The position numbers and the translations under genes were made by a program. The notes below the pieces were generated by a model, which did not search any database, was not told the DNA's origin, and saw only the letters and a list, made by a program, of their open reading frames with translations. From Scyliorhinus canicula (lineage: Eukaryota), in NCBI RefSeq assembly GCF_902713615.1, contig NC_052158.1, forward strand, positions 20,518,546-20,582,545: a DNA stretch of 64,000 nucleotides, written 5' to 3'. Of this stretch, positions 47,830 to 58,830 are shown in pieces; positions within the stretch are counted from its first letter, which is position 1; the number at the start of each line of letters is the position of its first letter.

Positions 47830-49227
47830 AAACCACCCCACACCTCCGAGAAACCCACACATGGGGGCAGAAAAAAAGAGAAACCCAACGGCCGCTGTTG
47901 AAGCTTTTGGTCTTGCACTCATCGAGGGATTTTCAAACACCCATTGTAAAGAGAACAACAATTTATACTGCATGAGAAGAAAGTGCTGATTGAGTGCCAA
48001 CTGGACTCTGATTGGCAGAGGTATTGTACCAGGGGACAATACACTTTGTGATGTTGTGCGGAAGGCCAACATGGGATCTCAGACCTTGCAATCAAACCTT
48101 GAGTCAATCATGAGGGCAGGCGCGGGGGTTCTGTGAAGTGGGGCAACATTGGAAGAGGGATCTAAGAGAGGACAGAGTGTGGCTTCAGGGTTATGGAGGA
48201 GTAAAGTGGGAAGGGCCTGGTGTTCATGCTGCGGTTGGGCTGGTATGAAGATCAGGCAGCATCTGAACTGTCCAAATCTATGTCCATCCCATTTTATTGG
48301 TTGGCAGAGTCCTTACAGAGCACGGTGTTCACCAACAAATCTTCAATTACCTTCACTGAGATTGCTGTTGGACAATGTTCTCTACAATACATAGAAGGGA
48401 TGGTCAGCTAAGCCTGCAAGCTCAGCTATGTCCCACAGTGATGAGTACAACACTGGACACTGATATTAACATCTAATAAAGAATGAATGCAAAAACACAA
48501 CATTGTTTCTACCACAATGAAGGAATTCCCCTGTAACAATCCATGGGTACCAACGATGAAGCGTACCAGTATATTTTACTATGTGACTGAGCTGATCCCA
48601 GCCAATATCACACAGGAATAAAGTCATATCAATGGAATGTGAAATATTTGCAAGTGAAATTAAATTTCCAAAGCTTTGCCTTCTTGGGTCTTATGTAATT
48701 GCAATGGAGTGGGGCTGGAAAGTTGGGGCCCTGATGCAGAGCCTCCCTGTTTCACCAGGAGGCTCTTGAATAGGCCGCGTGTGGAAAAGCTACCCCAAGT
48801 GCTAAATCGAATCAGTTCAGTCTGTACATGGTCCATTACCCCCAGGAGTGTCTCTACTCTTATGGCGTACTCATAGTCTTATGGCGTTTGGGAATTTAAT
48901 TGTAACCGCGAGGGAAAGGACAAGAGAGAGATTGGAGGTGGTGCATGGCACTGTTTACTACACACATTATTGATAAAACCCAGCAGGCAGATTTCAGTCC
49001 ATGCTCGCTGTTGTTGGCATCGCAACTGCAGATTCTAACTCACCGTTAACACAGTGCCAGAGTCTGCGAAGTCAATTGGAAATTATTGCAGTTGTTGTTC
49101 ATACTTCCCCCAGTGGTGACACTGGGAAATACTAATTAGCGCTGAAAGAGCTGGTCATGCGATTCTTAAAAATCAACCTGTGCTTTTAATGTGTTTCTAC
49201 TGAAATGTTAATAATGCAAAGGAGTTG

Positions 49228-49455
49228 GGGCGGCACGGTGGCGCAGTGGGTTAGCCCTGCTGCCTCACGGCGCCGAGGTCCCAGGTTCAATCCTGGCACT
49301 GGGTCACTGTCCATGTGGAGTTTGCACATTCTCCCCGTGTCTGCGTAGGTTTCGCCCCCACAACCCAAAAATGTGCAGGCTTGGTGGATTGACCACGCTG
49401 AATTGCCACTTAATTGGAAAAAAAAATGAATTACTCTAAATTGATTTATTGTTTA
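49228..49455 (+). mobile_element. HE1-type SINE with ~18-bp TSD
   Basis: AATAATGC(A/G)AAGGAGTTG at 49210-49227 and 49456-49473. Confidence 0.92.
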
Positions 49456-49622
49456 AATAATGCGAAGGAGTTGAACGCTTTAAGACATGCATGGTCTGGA
49501 AATTCCTTGAGGCAAATTAAGAATAAACAAAGTCATGTTTGCATGGGGACGAAAACAGGTTTCGTATCGTCGCTCTTTGTAATAGTTTTGGAGTCAGCGC
49601 TGCTGATAAAATATAATCTAAC

Positions 49623-49979
49623 GGGGCTGGTTTAGCACAGTGGGCTTAACAGCTGGCTTGTAAGACAGAACAAGGCCAGCAGCGTGGGTTCAATTCCTGT
49701 ACCGACCTCCCCGAACAGGCGCTGGAATGTGGCGACTAGGGGCTTTTCACAGTAACTTCATTGAAGCCTACTTGTGACAATAAGTGATTATTATAAGGGG
49801 CTGGTTTAGCTCACTGGGCTAAATCGCTGCCTTTTAAAGCAGACGAAGCAGGCCAGCAGCACGGTTTGATTCCGTACCAGCCTCCCCGGACAGGGGCCGG
49901 AATGTGGCGACTAGGGGCTTTTCACAGTAACTTCATTGAAGCCTACTTGTGACAATAAGCGATTTTCATTTCATTTCAT
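49623..49979 (+). mobile_element. Two tandem short SINE family 2 copies
   Basis: GGGGCTGGTTTAGC heads at 49623 and 49797. Confidence 0.9.
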
Positions 49980-50232
49980 CTATATGTTCACATATTTCAG
50001 TTTATTCAGCCAGCTGGACCCTGTGGTTTGTGTTTTTTGCGAGCTGGGGTGGTAAAGATGATGTTAGATTAATCTGTGCATAACTGCAATTGTAGCACAT
50101 TTAACATAGTATTTTTCTTAATAAAACTATTCTAATCTGTCTGCTCACAACCACAGGCTGCGCTGTATCACGTATGATAAATAGGCCTCCATCTCATTCA
50201 GCTCCTTGTCCAGTTACTGTGATGTCAGAGAT

Positions 50233-50295
50233 ATGGGCAGAGAAATAAATCGCCTCTTCAAATCATCACCTTTTAACCTTTTGTTGATTACTTGA
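50233..50295 (+). pseudogene. Degenerate third leader exon of the Ig-receptor array
   Basis: MGREINRLFK vs MDRQTSRIFN / MDRETNGFVN; upstream CCACAGGCTGC and CCATCTCATT shared; early stop, no GTAAG donor. Confidence 0.55.
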
Positions 50296-50479
50296 TGTTC
50301 ATCTGAACAGAGTGGTTCTGAAACAGAGTAGCATCTGATCAGAGAGCTTAATTGGCAATTTGGAGATGGGGGAATTTGGAGACTCGGAATTTGTGGACAG
50401 TGGGAATTCAGAGAAAAGGGGGAAGGACATAATATATAAAATCAAAGATATCTAAGGCCGAGGAATATAGATAATAAGA

Positions 50480-50860
50480 GTTACGTTTGAGCTACTGGAG
50501 CTGATCTGCAAGGGATCAGCGGTGCGGAGCACTCCTGACACACAAGTGTGTCGTGGGTAAGTTGTTTACTTCATTTTAAAGCTACATTAAGATTTTGTTT
50601 AAAACTTTGATACATTTCTGCTGATCATAAATTGAACTGAAGTTATGGAAGATGAGCACATTCTTGTGTTGCGCCTCCTGTAGCATGTGGGAAATCGGAG
50701 ATGCTCCTTGCAATCTGGATGACCACGTGTGCGGGAAGTGCCACCGGTTTGACCAACATGAGCTCCGGGTTTCGGAGCTTGAGCATAGGCTGGAAGCACA
50801 GAGTGCATCCTGCGAGGCTGAGGTGAAACGTGGATAGCACATTTCTGGACGTTATCACCC
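50480..50860 (+). mobile_element. CR1 5' end with ORF1 zinc-finger/leucine-zipper fragment
   Basis: CASCSMWE...DDHVCGKC...ELRVSELEHRL. Confidence 0.75.
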
Positions 50861-52061
50861 CCCTAGCTCAAGGAAGTGCAGTCATGTATGTATATTAAAG
50901 CAGTCATGAAGACAGGGCTGGAGTAGGAAATACTGAATGACTGTGAGAAAGCAGGATTACTGTCTGTCTGTGAATGTTTTCACATTCTTGCCAACGCATT
51001 CCGAGACGGTTTTGATTTAAGTCCATGAATTCACCCCACGGACCGAAACCCTGCTGAGCTTTGGACATATTTCAGTTTAGGAGACAGGCGCTTTCCCTCC
51101 ACATTCTGCAGAAAGTCCATCAATTATTCTTCACTGCCACCCAGTGGTGTCACGGGGAAATACAGCGTTGCTCATGCGGCTGTTAGAATGACAAACACTC
51201 AATTAGTCCATGCTGATTCTACTGAAACATTACTAATGAGAAGGAGGTGATATAGATAAGACAGGGAGACTGGATAATCCATGAAACAGGCCAGTAATCA
51301 AAATGTCAAATGTGTAGAAGGGAAAAAGACACATTTCAAATCATCACTGTTATTTGTAATGGTTATTTCATTCAACACTGATGATTAAAAATGATAATAT
51401 CCAGACCTACAAAATCTAATTGTTACTGAAAAAATTAGAAAGTTTCAGCAGCGAAACTTTGTCAAAGGGAGGTTGTGTCTAACAAATCTGTTAGTGTTCT
51501 TTGAGGAGGTAACAGACAAGTTAGACAAAGGAGAATCAGATGTGATTTATTTAGATTTCCAGAAGGCCTTTGACAAGGTGCAGCATAGGAGACTGTTAAA
51601 TAAGGTAAAAAAGCCCATGGTGTTAAGGGTAAGATCCTGGCATGGATAGAGGATTAGCTGACTGGCAGAAGGCAGAGAGTTGGGATAAAGGGGTCTTTTT
51701 CAGGATGGCAGCCGGTGACTAGTGGTGTGCCTCAGGGGTCTGTGCTGGGACCACAACCTTTTACAATATACATTAATGATCTGGAAGAAGGAACTGAAGG
51801 CACTGTTGCTAAGTTTGCAGATGATACAAAGGTCTGTAGAGGGACAGGTAATATTGAGGAAGCAAGGGGGCTGCAGAAGGACTGGACAAGCTAGGAGAGT
51901 GGGCAATGAAGTGGCAAATTAAATACAATGTGGAAAAATGTGAGGTGATGCACTTTGGAAGGAGGAAACTAGGCACAGACTATTTACTAAATGGGGAAAT
52001 GCTTCAGAAAGCAGAAGCACAAAGGGACTTGGGGGTCCTTGTTCACGATTCTCTTAAGGTT

Positions 52062-52756
52062 TTTTTTTATAAATTTAGATTACCCAATTATCTTTTCCAA
52101 TTAAGGGGCAATTTAGCGTGGCCAATCCACCTACTCTGCACATTTTTGGGCTGTGGGGGCGAAACCCACGCAAACATGGGAGAATGTGCAAACTCCACAC
52201 GGANNNNNNNNNNNNNNNNNNNNNNNNNNNNNNNNNNNNNNNNNNNNNNNNNNNNNNNNNNNNNNNNNNNNNNNNNNNNNNNNNNNNNNNNNNNNNNNNN
52301 NNNNNNNNNNNNNNNNNNNNNNNNNNNNNNNNNNNNNNNNNNNNNNNNNNNNNNNNNNNNNNNNNNNNNNNNNNNNNNNNNNNNNNNNNNNNNNNNNNNN
52401 NNNNNNNNNNNNNNNNNNNNNNNNNNNNNNNNNNNNNNNNNNNNNNNNNNNNNNNNNNNNNNNNNNNNNNNNNNNNNNNNNNNNNNNNNNNNNNNNNNNN
52501 NNNNNNNNNNNNNNNNNNNNNNNNNNNNNNNNNNNNNNNNNNNNNNNNNNNNNNNNNNNNNNNNNNNNNNNNNNNNNNNNNNNNNNNNNNNNNNNNNNNN
52601 NNNNNNNNNNNNNNNNNNNNNNNNNNNNNNNNNNNNNNNNNNNNNNNNNNNNNNNNNNNNNNNNNNNNNNNNNNCAGTGACCCAGAGCCAGGATCGAACC
52701 TAGGACCTCAGTGCCGTGAGGCAGCTGTGCTAACCACTAGGCCACCATGCTGCCCT
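52062..52756 (-). mobile_element. HE1-type SINE with 15-bp TSD, containing an assembly gap
   Basis: GATTCTCTTAAGGTT at 52047-52061 and 52757-52771. Confidence 0.92.
52204..52674. other. Assembly gap (471 N)
   Basis: Run of N. Confidence 1.
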
Positions 52757-53783
52757 GATTCTCTTAAGGTTAATGTGCAGCTTCAGTCAGCAGTTAAGAA
52801 GGCAAATGCAATGTTAGCATTCATGTCAAGAGGGTGAGAATACAAGACCAGGGATGTACTTCTGAGGCTGTATAAGGCTCTGGTCAGACCCAATTTGGAG
52901 TATTATGAGCAGTTTTGGGCCCCATATCTAAGGAAGGATGTGCTGGCCTTGGAAAGGGTCCAGAGGAGGTTCACAAGAATGATCGCTGGAAAAAGAACTT
53001 GTTGTATGAGGAACGTTTGAGGACTCTGTGTCTGTACTCGTTGGAGTTTAGAAGGATGAGAGGGGATCTTATTGAAACTTACAGGATACTGTGAGGCCTG
53101 GCTGGAGTGGACATGGAGTGGATGTTTCCACTTGTCGGAAAAACCAGAACCAGAGGACACCATCTCAGACTAAAGGGACGATCCTTTAAAACTGAGATGT
53201 GGAACTCTGCCGCAGAAAGCTGTGGTGGTCAATTCACTGGGTGTCTTTAAGACAGAGATAGATAGGTTCTTGATTAATAAGGGAATCAGGAGTTATGGGG
53301 AGAAGGCAGGAGAATGGGGATGAGAAAATATCAGCCATGATTGAATGGCGGAGCAGATTCAATGGCCAAGTGGCCTGATTCTACTCCTATATCTTATGGT
53401 AAATGGTAAAATCGAATCGTTCAGCCTGTGGTTTGATATTTCTTTCTGAAGGGGGGCGGGAGTGATCCACAGTGAGCAATGAGGAAGTGGGGAGTGTGTT
53501 ATATTAATCTGCACATCTCGAACAAGATTGTATCAATTAAAGTTGATTTTTCTGTGATCTATAGGTTTTAAACATGTTGAATAGCCTGCACATAAATCAC
53601 ACAGTTAATCTGTCAAAGCTTGTTCCCTGGGTGAATTGCTGACAATCTCAGAGACACTTCTTGTCATTGGTCACTTCAGCTGCTGCCAGATCCCAGCCAC
53701 AGGCTGCTGCACTCAGTCACCTGGACACAGTGGCCCCATCTCATTGGCATCTTCTCGCTGTCTCCTTACTTTAATGTGGGGAG

Positions 53784-53859
53784 ATGGACAGACAAACCAG
53801 TCGCATATTTAACTTCACCAGCGGTTGCCTTTTCATCGGTTATTTTATTTCCATTTTCG
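53784..53859 (+). CDS. Ig-receptor copy 1 exon 1 (signal peptide, MDRQTSRIFNFTSGCLFIGYFISIF)
   Basis: ATG, hydrophobic core, phase-1 donor G|GTAAG; paralogue at 61091. Confidence 0.8.
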
Positions 53860-54853
53860 GTAAGTTCTTTGATTTTTGACAATGAAAGTAATTCTACGGT
53901 TAATCCCGCTTGATTCCTTGTCTATTTGCTGATAGTTTGCTCAGGGCGAGGGATCATTCACTCACTCAATCCAATGAGGGAAGTTAAACACCATAAAATC
54001 TGTGGTTGAATTCAGTGGGGCTCCTGTGAACAGGTAGAGCCCTTCAGTTAGTGTTCGGGAAAGACTTAACCCATCCTTAAACTGTCGCTGGGAGTTATTA
54101 ATAAATAAGCTCATCTACAAGAAACTTTAATGTATTAATTATTCATTATTAATTTTTATGTTCCAATTGTTATAACATGTATGGCAGTGTCAAATTGGAT
54201 GAATTGAACCTGTATCAAGTCTTTACTTAGTAATCACAACCATAAATTATAGCACATTAATAGAGCAGGGATAGAACACTGGGCTCAACTCCCTGCACAG
54301 AACTCTCAAGATTTAGCAAACCTCTATCATTAATCTTTCCTCAAATTCTTTTTCTCCAGGGAGAACGTTGCCACTTCTCCAATCAATCCCCTTAACTGAA
54401 GTTCCTCATCACTGAAAACAATCTCTCACAAATACTTCCACCCCTTTCCTAAAACGTACCGTCCAGAAAAGGACATAATTCTCGGTTAGCAGTATTTAAA
54501 ATAAGGTCCATCGGAACTTATTTGTTCTTGTGTTCAATTTATAGCTCCCGTATGATTTAACCGCTTTAGGCACGTCTAGATGGGGAGATGGGGAGACTCT
54601 GGTGCAGCACCTATCTAGAATTGTACCATTTTATTTCAAGCTGCCTCTTAGTCTTTCTGGCGGGCAGAATCATTTCACACTTTCCTGTGTTAGATTTCCC
54701 CGGGCTCAGCTCTGCCTATTTAACCATCCTGTCTATGTCGTCTTGATGATTCTCTCTGTGTTTCTCATAGTTCACCATCGTTTTCCATCTCATCTGCTAA
54801 TATTGAAATTATGTCCTGTACACCCAAGTCTTCATCATTAATATATTAATGAT

Positions 54854-55044
54854 GGGGCTGGTTTAGCTCACTCGGCTTAATCGCTGGCTTTTAAAGCAGA
54901 CCAAGCAGGCCAGCAGCACGGTTCGATTCCCGTACTCTCCCCGGACAGGCGCCGGAATGTGGCGACTAGGGGCTTTTCACAGTAACTTCATTGAAGCCTA
55001 CTCGTGACAATAAGTGATTTGCATTTTTTCATTTTTCACTTCAT
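54854..55044 (+). mobile_element. Short SINE family 2 (intronic)
   Basis: Family head and tail. Confidence 0.88.
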
Positions 55045-55396
55045 ATAACTGGAAAAAACAGTTGAAGATCAATGCTGAGGATCCCATGATATGATCTTCC
55101 TTCAGTCCAAAATACACCATCCACAATCCATCTCTCCTTCCTCACCCGGCCAATCTCTTTGCTGCTCCTGTCCCATTTATTCTGCAGGCTGGGATTTTAC
55201 TGACGAGTCTGAACTTTGTCAAAAGATTTGTTCAAATTGACGTAGAAGAAATCAATTATCAATTCTCTTTGTTACCTCCTCAAAAAATCCAAACCAGTTA
55301 GTCAGACGTGACCCTCCCTTCACAAAGAAAAGCAAAATACTGCAGATGGTAGAATTCGGAAATAAAACAGAAAGTACTGGAAATAAGAATGATCTT

Positions 55397-55680
55397 CAAT
55401 GTCACAAGTAGGCTTACATTAACACTGCAATGAAGTTACTAATAAAAGCCCCTCGTCGCCACATTCCGGCTCCTGTTCGGGTACACGGAGGGAGAATTCA
55501 GAGTGTCCAAATTACATAACAACACGTCTTTCAGGACTTGTGGGAGGAAACCGGAGCACCCGGAGGAAACCCACGCAGACACAGGGAGAACGTGCAGACT
55601 CCGCACAGACAGTGACGCAAGCCGGGAATCGAACCTGGAACCCTGGCACTGTGAAGCAACATTACTAACCACTGTGCAGT
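55397..55680 (-). mobile_element. HE1-head SINE with alternative tail (intronic)
   Basis: Reverse-complement core; TCACAAGTAGGCTTACATT tail. Confidence 0.88.
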
Positions 55681-55810
55681 CCTGACATTCACACTGTCCA
55701 GCAGATGTTTCTTTCCCAGTAAAATGTCTTCAGATGTTTTGTAATTTCAAAATTTGTAACTTTAAACTGTTCCTTTCCGAAGCTAATTCCTTTGTTCTGT
55801 GTTGTTGCAG

Positions 55811-56203
55811 CCTCGGGAATCGGGGTTACTGTGAGGGTCCATCAGAGAGAAGTGATGGGGACAGTGGACCAGTCTGTCCTTCTCCCTGTCTCCTATTCCA
55901 CACTCACACCCGGCTCCAATTTACAGATACAGTGGGGTTTATTCCCCGGAGACACTCCATTTGTGAGACTGGCCCGATCAAACTGCTCTCCAGACCCTGA
56001 CAGATCCGGTTATAACTGTTCAGATCACCGGGTGGCAGCTCCTTCCTACCGGGACCGAGTTCACCTCTACCCAGAGAATGGATCCTTGTTACTGTGGGAT
56101 TTACAGCCCAGTGACAGCGGGGTCTATGGGATATATGTTTATAGTGATGGTGGCAGCACAGGCTGGACAGGCAATGTGACTTTAACCGTCTATAACAAGA
56201 CAG
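55811..56203 (+). CDS. Ig-receptor copy 1 exon 2: V-type Ig domain, CD2/SLAM/CEACAM/HEPACAM/VSTM5-like
   Basis: TGCAG| acceptor and |GTAAG donor, 393 nt, phase 1-1; SVLLPVSY, IQW, RDRVHLYPENGSLLLWDLQPSDSGVY, VTLTV. Confidence 0.9.
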
Positions 56204-56363
56204 GTAAGAATTCACAATCTCTTTATCCAATTATTCCTCGGTGCGTTTTGCTAACATCGTAAGTTCTCACTGCAAACTGAATCAAACAATGATGATAAAG
56301 AATGATTGAGGTTATCCTTTCTATCCAATGGGCTTGTTGTAAGTGTCTGAATTCTTCTTCCAG

Positions 56364-56590
56364 ACACGGAGTCTCCCGCCCCGAGCAGCACCGAGCGAGC
56401 GGAGACCAGCAGAGAATTCCCAGCCCACCTAGCTCTCCTGCTCCGGGGGAGCATCTTTGGCGGAGTCACTGTGCTGGGGGCCTGTCTGTACTTGTGTGTG
56501 AGCCGGAGACACAGAGAGAGAACCGAGAGCGGGAGGACAGGACATAGACCCGCAGATGGAGATGTGCTGGGCAGGAACATGTTTGGATAA
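56364..56590 (+). CDS. Ig-receptor copy 1 exon 3: stalk, transmembrane segment, short tail (3' end assumes read-through to TAA)
   Basis: TTCTTCCAG| acceptor in frame; DTESPAPSST stalk; LALLLRGSIFGGVTVLGACLYLCV followed by SRRHRER stop-transfer. Confidence 0.8.
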
Positions 56591-58644
56591 TTTAATCCCA
56601 TACAAAATGGGATGTGCCCCGAATAACTTCCTTATAATGTTCAAATCAAATCCAAACAGTGCTGGGTCTGTTGTTCGCGATAATTTATACAGATAAACAG
56701 ACCAAGGTATAGGTTATGTTGTCTCTGCATTTTGCAACAACTATTTCCCCTCAATGTTTCAGATTCTGGAATATTTGGGAATAAACAGATCGGTCCGGAT
56801 TTGAAAAAGGAAATGAAGGGGATTAGGATTGACATCCTTATATTTCCAAATAAACTCCCTTAACTTCGACACAATCCCAAAGACATGGCTAAAACAATGA
56901 TCTTTGCTCTTCCTCCCGCGTTTCTGTCCGCCCAGCATTGGGGCAGAATGGGAGAACAACGGCCCCACCTCGCCCCAGGACATTATTCCCCGGCATACAC
57001 TCAGTGAAATCCCTCTGCAGAATTCCAGACTACTCTTCCAGCAGGCCTCAGCTCAGTGTCAACATTATTTACCACAAAATACGCTGCATTCGTAAAATAT
57101 CTGAAAGAACATTGTAGACATTTCAAAATGGCCATCAAGCAAAGTGCAATAATATTCAGGTTCTCTACATACATCATGCTGCACACTGAGGAGCCTCAAT
57201 ACATTCAAAGAAACATAACAGACATTTCAAAACACTCATTACAAACGGTGCAGAAGTATTTCGGTTTTCTGCGTAGATCAAGTTCCACCCTGAGATGCTT
57301 CAATATTACTGTGATACATGGAGTATTCGCTGTGTGCATTCAATGTGATTCGTACAACGTGAGGGGATTCTCTATAATTTCACTCCCTCCAGTTCACTGT
57401 GGCTGAAATGTATTTGACATCACAGATAGACATCTTGTCCTGTCTCTGCATACTACAGCTGGCATTTGCCTTTCGTTCAGTCACCTCTCACTGTGATTTT
57501 CCCGCCTGTGCGGAATCCAAAGAATTCCAAAGAAGGGTCCTTCTCCCGACCGCCAGTTACTGCAGCATAAACCATTCACAGTTCATTTACCACAGCGAGT
57601 GTTAGTTGATGCACTGACCTGCCGATTGTGGTGGTTACTTGTACCTTCTGCAAGGGAACTTCAAACCAAGGAAGAACATTTTATTATCTGACGGGAAATG
57701 TGCTGAGCAAAATTATCCCAAGGTTGATATAAATCCAAGATTTCGGATTTAAATCCGGCACAGTTGGAGGACAGGGAGACACGGAAATAATACTTTAATG
57801 TGTGTGAACGGGAAGGATTGGGATTTATACCGTTAACAGTCGCAGAATGTTCAAAGTCTCTCACAGGCAATAAGGAACATTTAAAATGCAGTCATCATTG
57901 TAATGTCCGGAAATGCAGCACCCAGCAAGATTCCAGATCCAAGTATCAGATAAATGGTCAAACTGTTCATGGCGATGCAAGTTGAGGAATAAATGTAGAT
58001 CTAATGCACAGAAATATACCCGGAGATCTTGCTATTAGGGTGGGGTGGGGGGTAAGTGTACAATTCAAACAACTCGAAATCCTGTAATCACTTCCTTACA
58101 ATGTGTAAATCAAACTCGCAAAATATTGGACCTGTTATTGGGGAGAATTTCTACAGGTACCAACCCGAACATTTAGTCCGCGCTAGCAACAGGGAAAGAC
58201 AAATAGCTTGAATTCCCATGGGATTCCCTCCAAACCACTTCCTGATTCCAGCATAATATCCGCAGAGCTCCATGGTTTACAGCAATGATTTGTGATGATT
58301 CTCCAGGGAAACCTCTGATCTTGCCTCGACGTTGGTTCGTGATAATCCCCAGGCCCCCACTCCCAAAGGGAATCTCCCTTCCAGGAAACTCCTCTTCCAG
58401 GTGAACCTTTTGCGTAAAATTAATGATCTAAAATGAAAACTCGAATTCATGATCCAATCTTAGTGTAGCCACGGCGATAGCTCCTCTGGGGACAGCTGGG
58501 ATTTGAATCCATATCTTCAGCACAGTCCAGTTGGGATTGAAGTGGAAACTGGGGTTAGAATGTAAACCAGTAAGATTCAATGTTCAGAGGTCACAGATCA
58601 GTCCTGAGCTGGCGGACTGCAGCCAGGTTTGATCACAAGGACAT

Positions 58645-58830
58645 GGACAGTCAAATGATGTGCGGGTTAGGTGGATTGGCCATGCTAAATTGTCCCTTAG
58701 TGTCCAGGGATGTGCAGGTACTCTTACGGGGATAGGGTGGGGAGTGGACCAGAGTGGGATGCTCTTTCGGAGGGTCTGTGCAGACTCGATGGGCCGAATG
58801 GCCTCCTTGTGCACAGTAGATTCTATGACA
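58645..58830 (+). mobile_element. 5'-truncated HE1-type SINE
   Basis: GATGTGCGGGTTAGGTGGATTGGCC core and tail. Confidence 0.85.

Larger units (their letters stand above)
51455..53400 (+). mobile_element. CR1 LINE 3' part (RT), interrupted by a SINE
   Basis: [26 protein letters not shown]; tail CCTATATCTTATGG. Confidence 0.9.

Noticed and set aside
51906-52837. Long ORFs spanning 52-52.8 kb
   Set aside because: Artefacts of the N gap.
56763-58450. Additional cytoplasmic exons or ITIMs of receptor copy 1
   Set aside because: AG acceptors exist (e.g. 56762), but copy 1 lacks a convincing donor, nothing is conserved in copy 2, and there is no proper ITIM.
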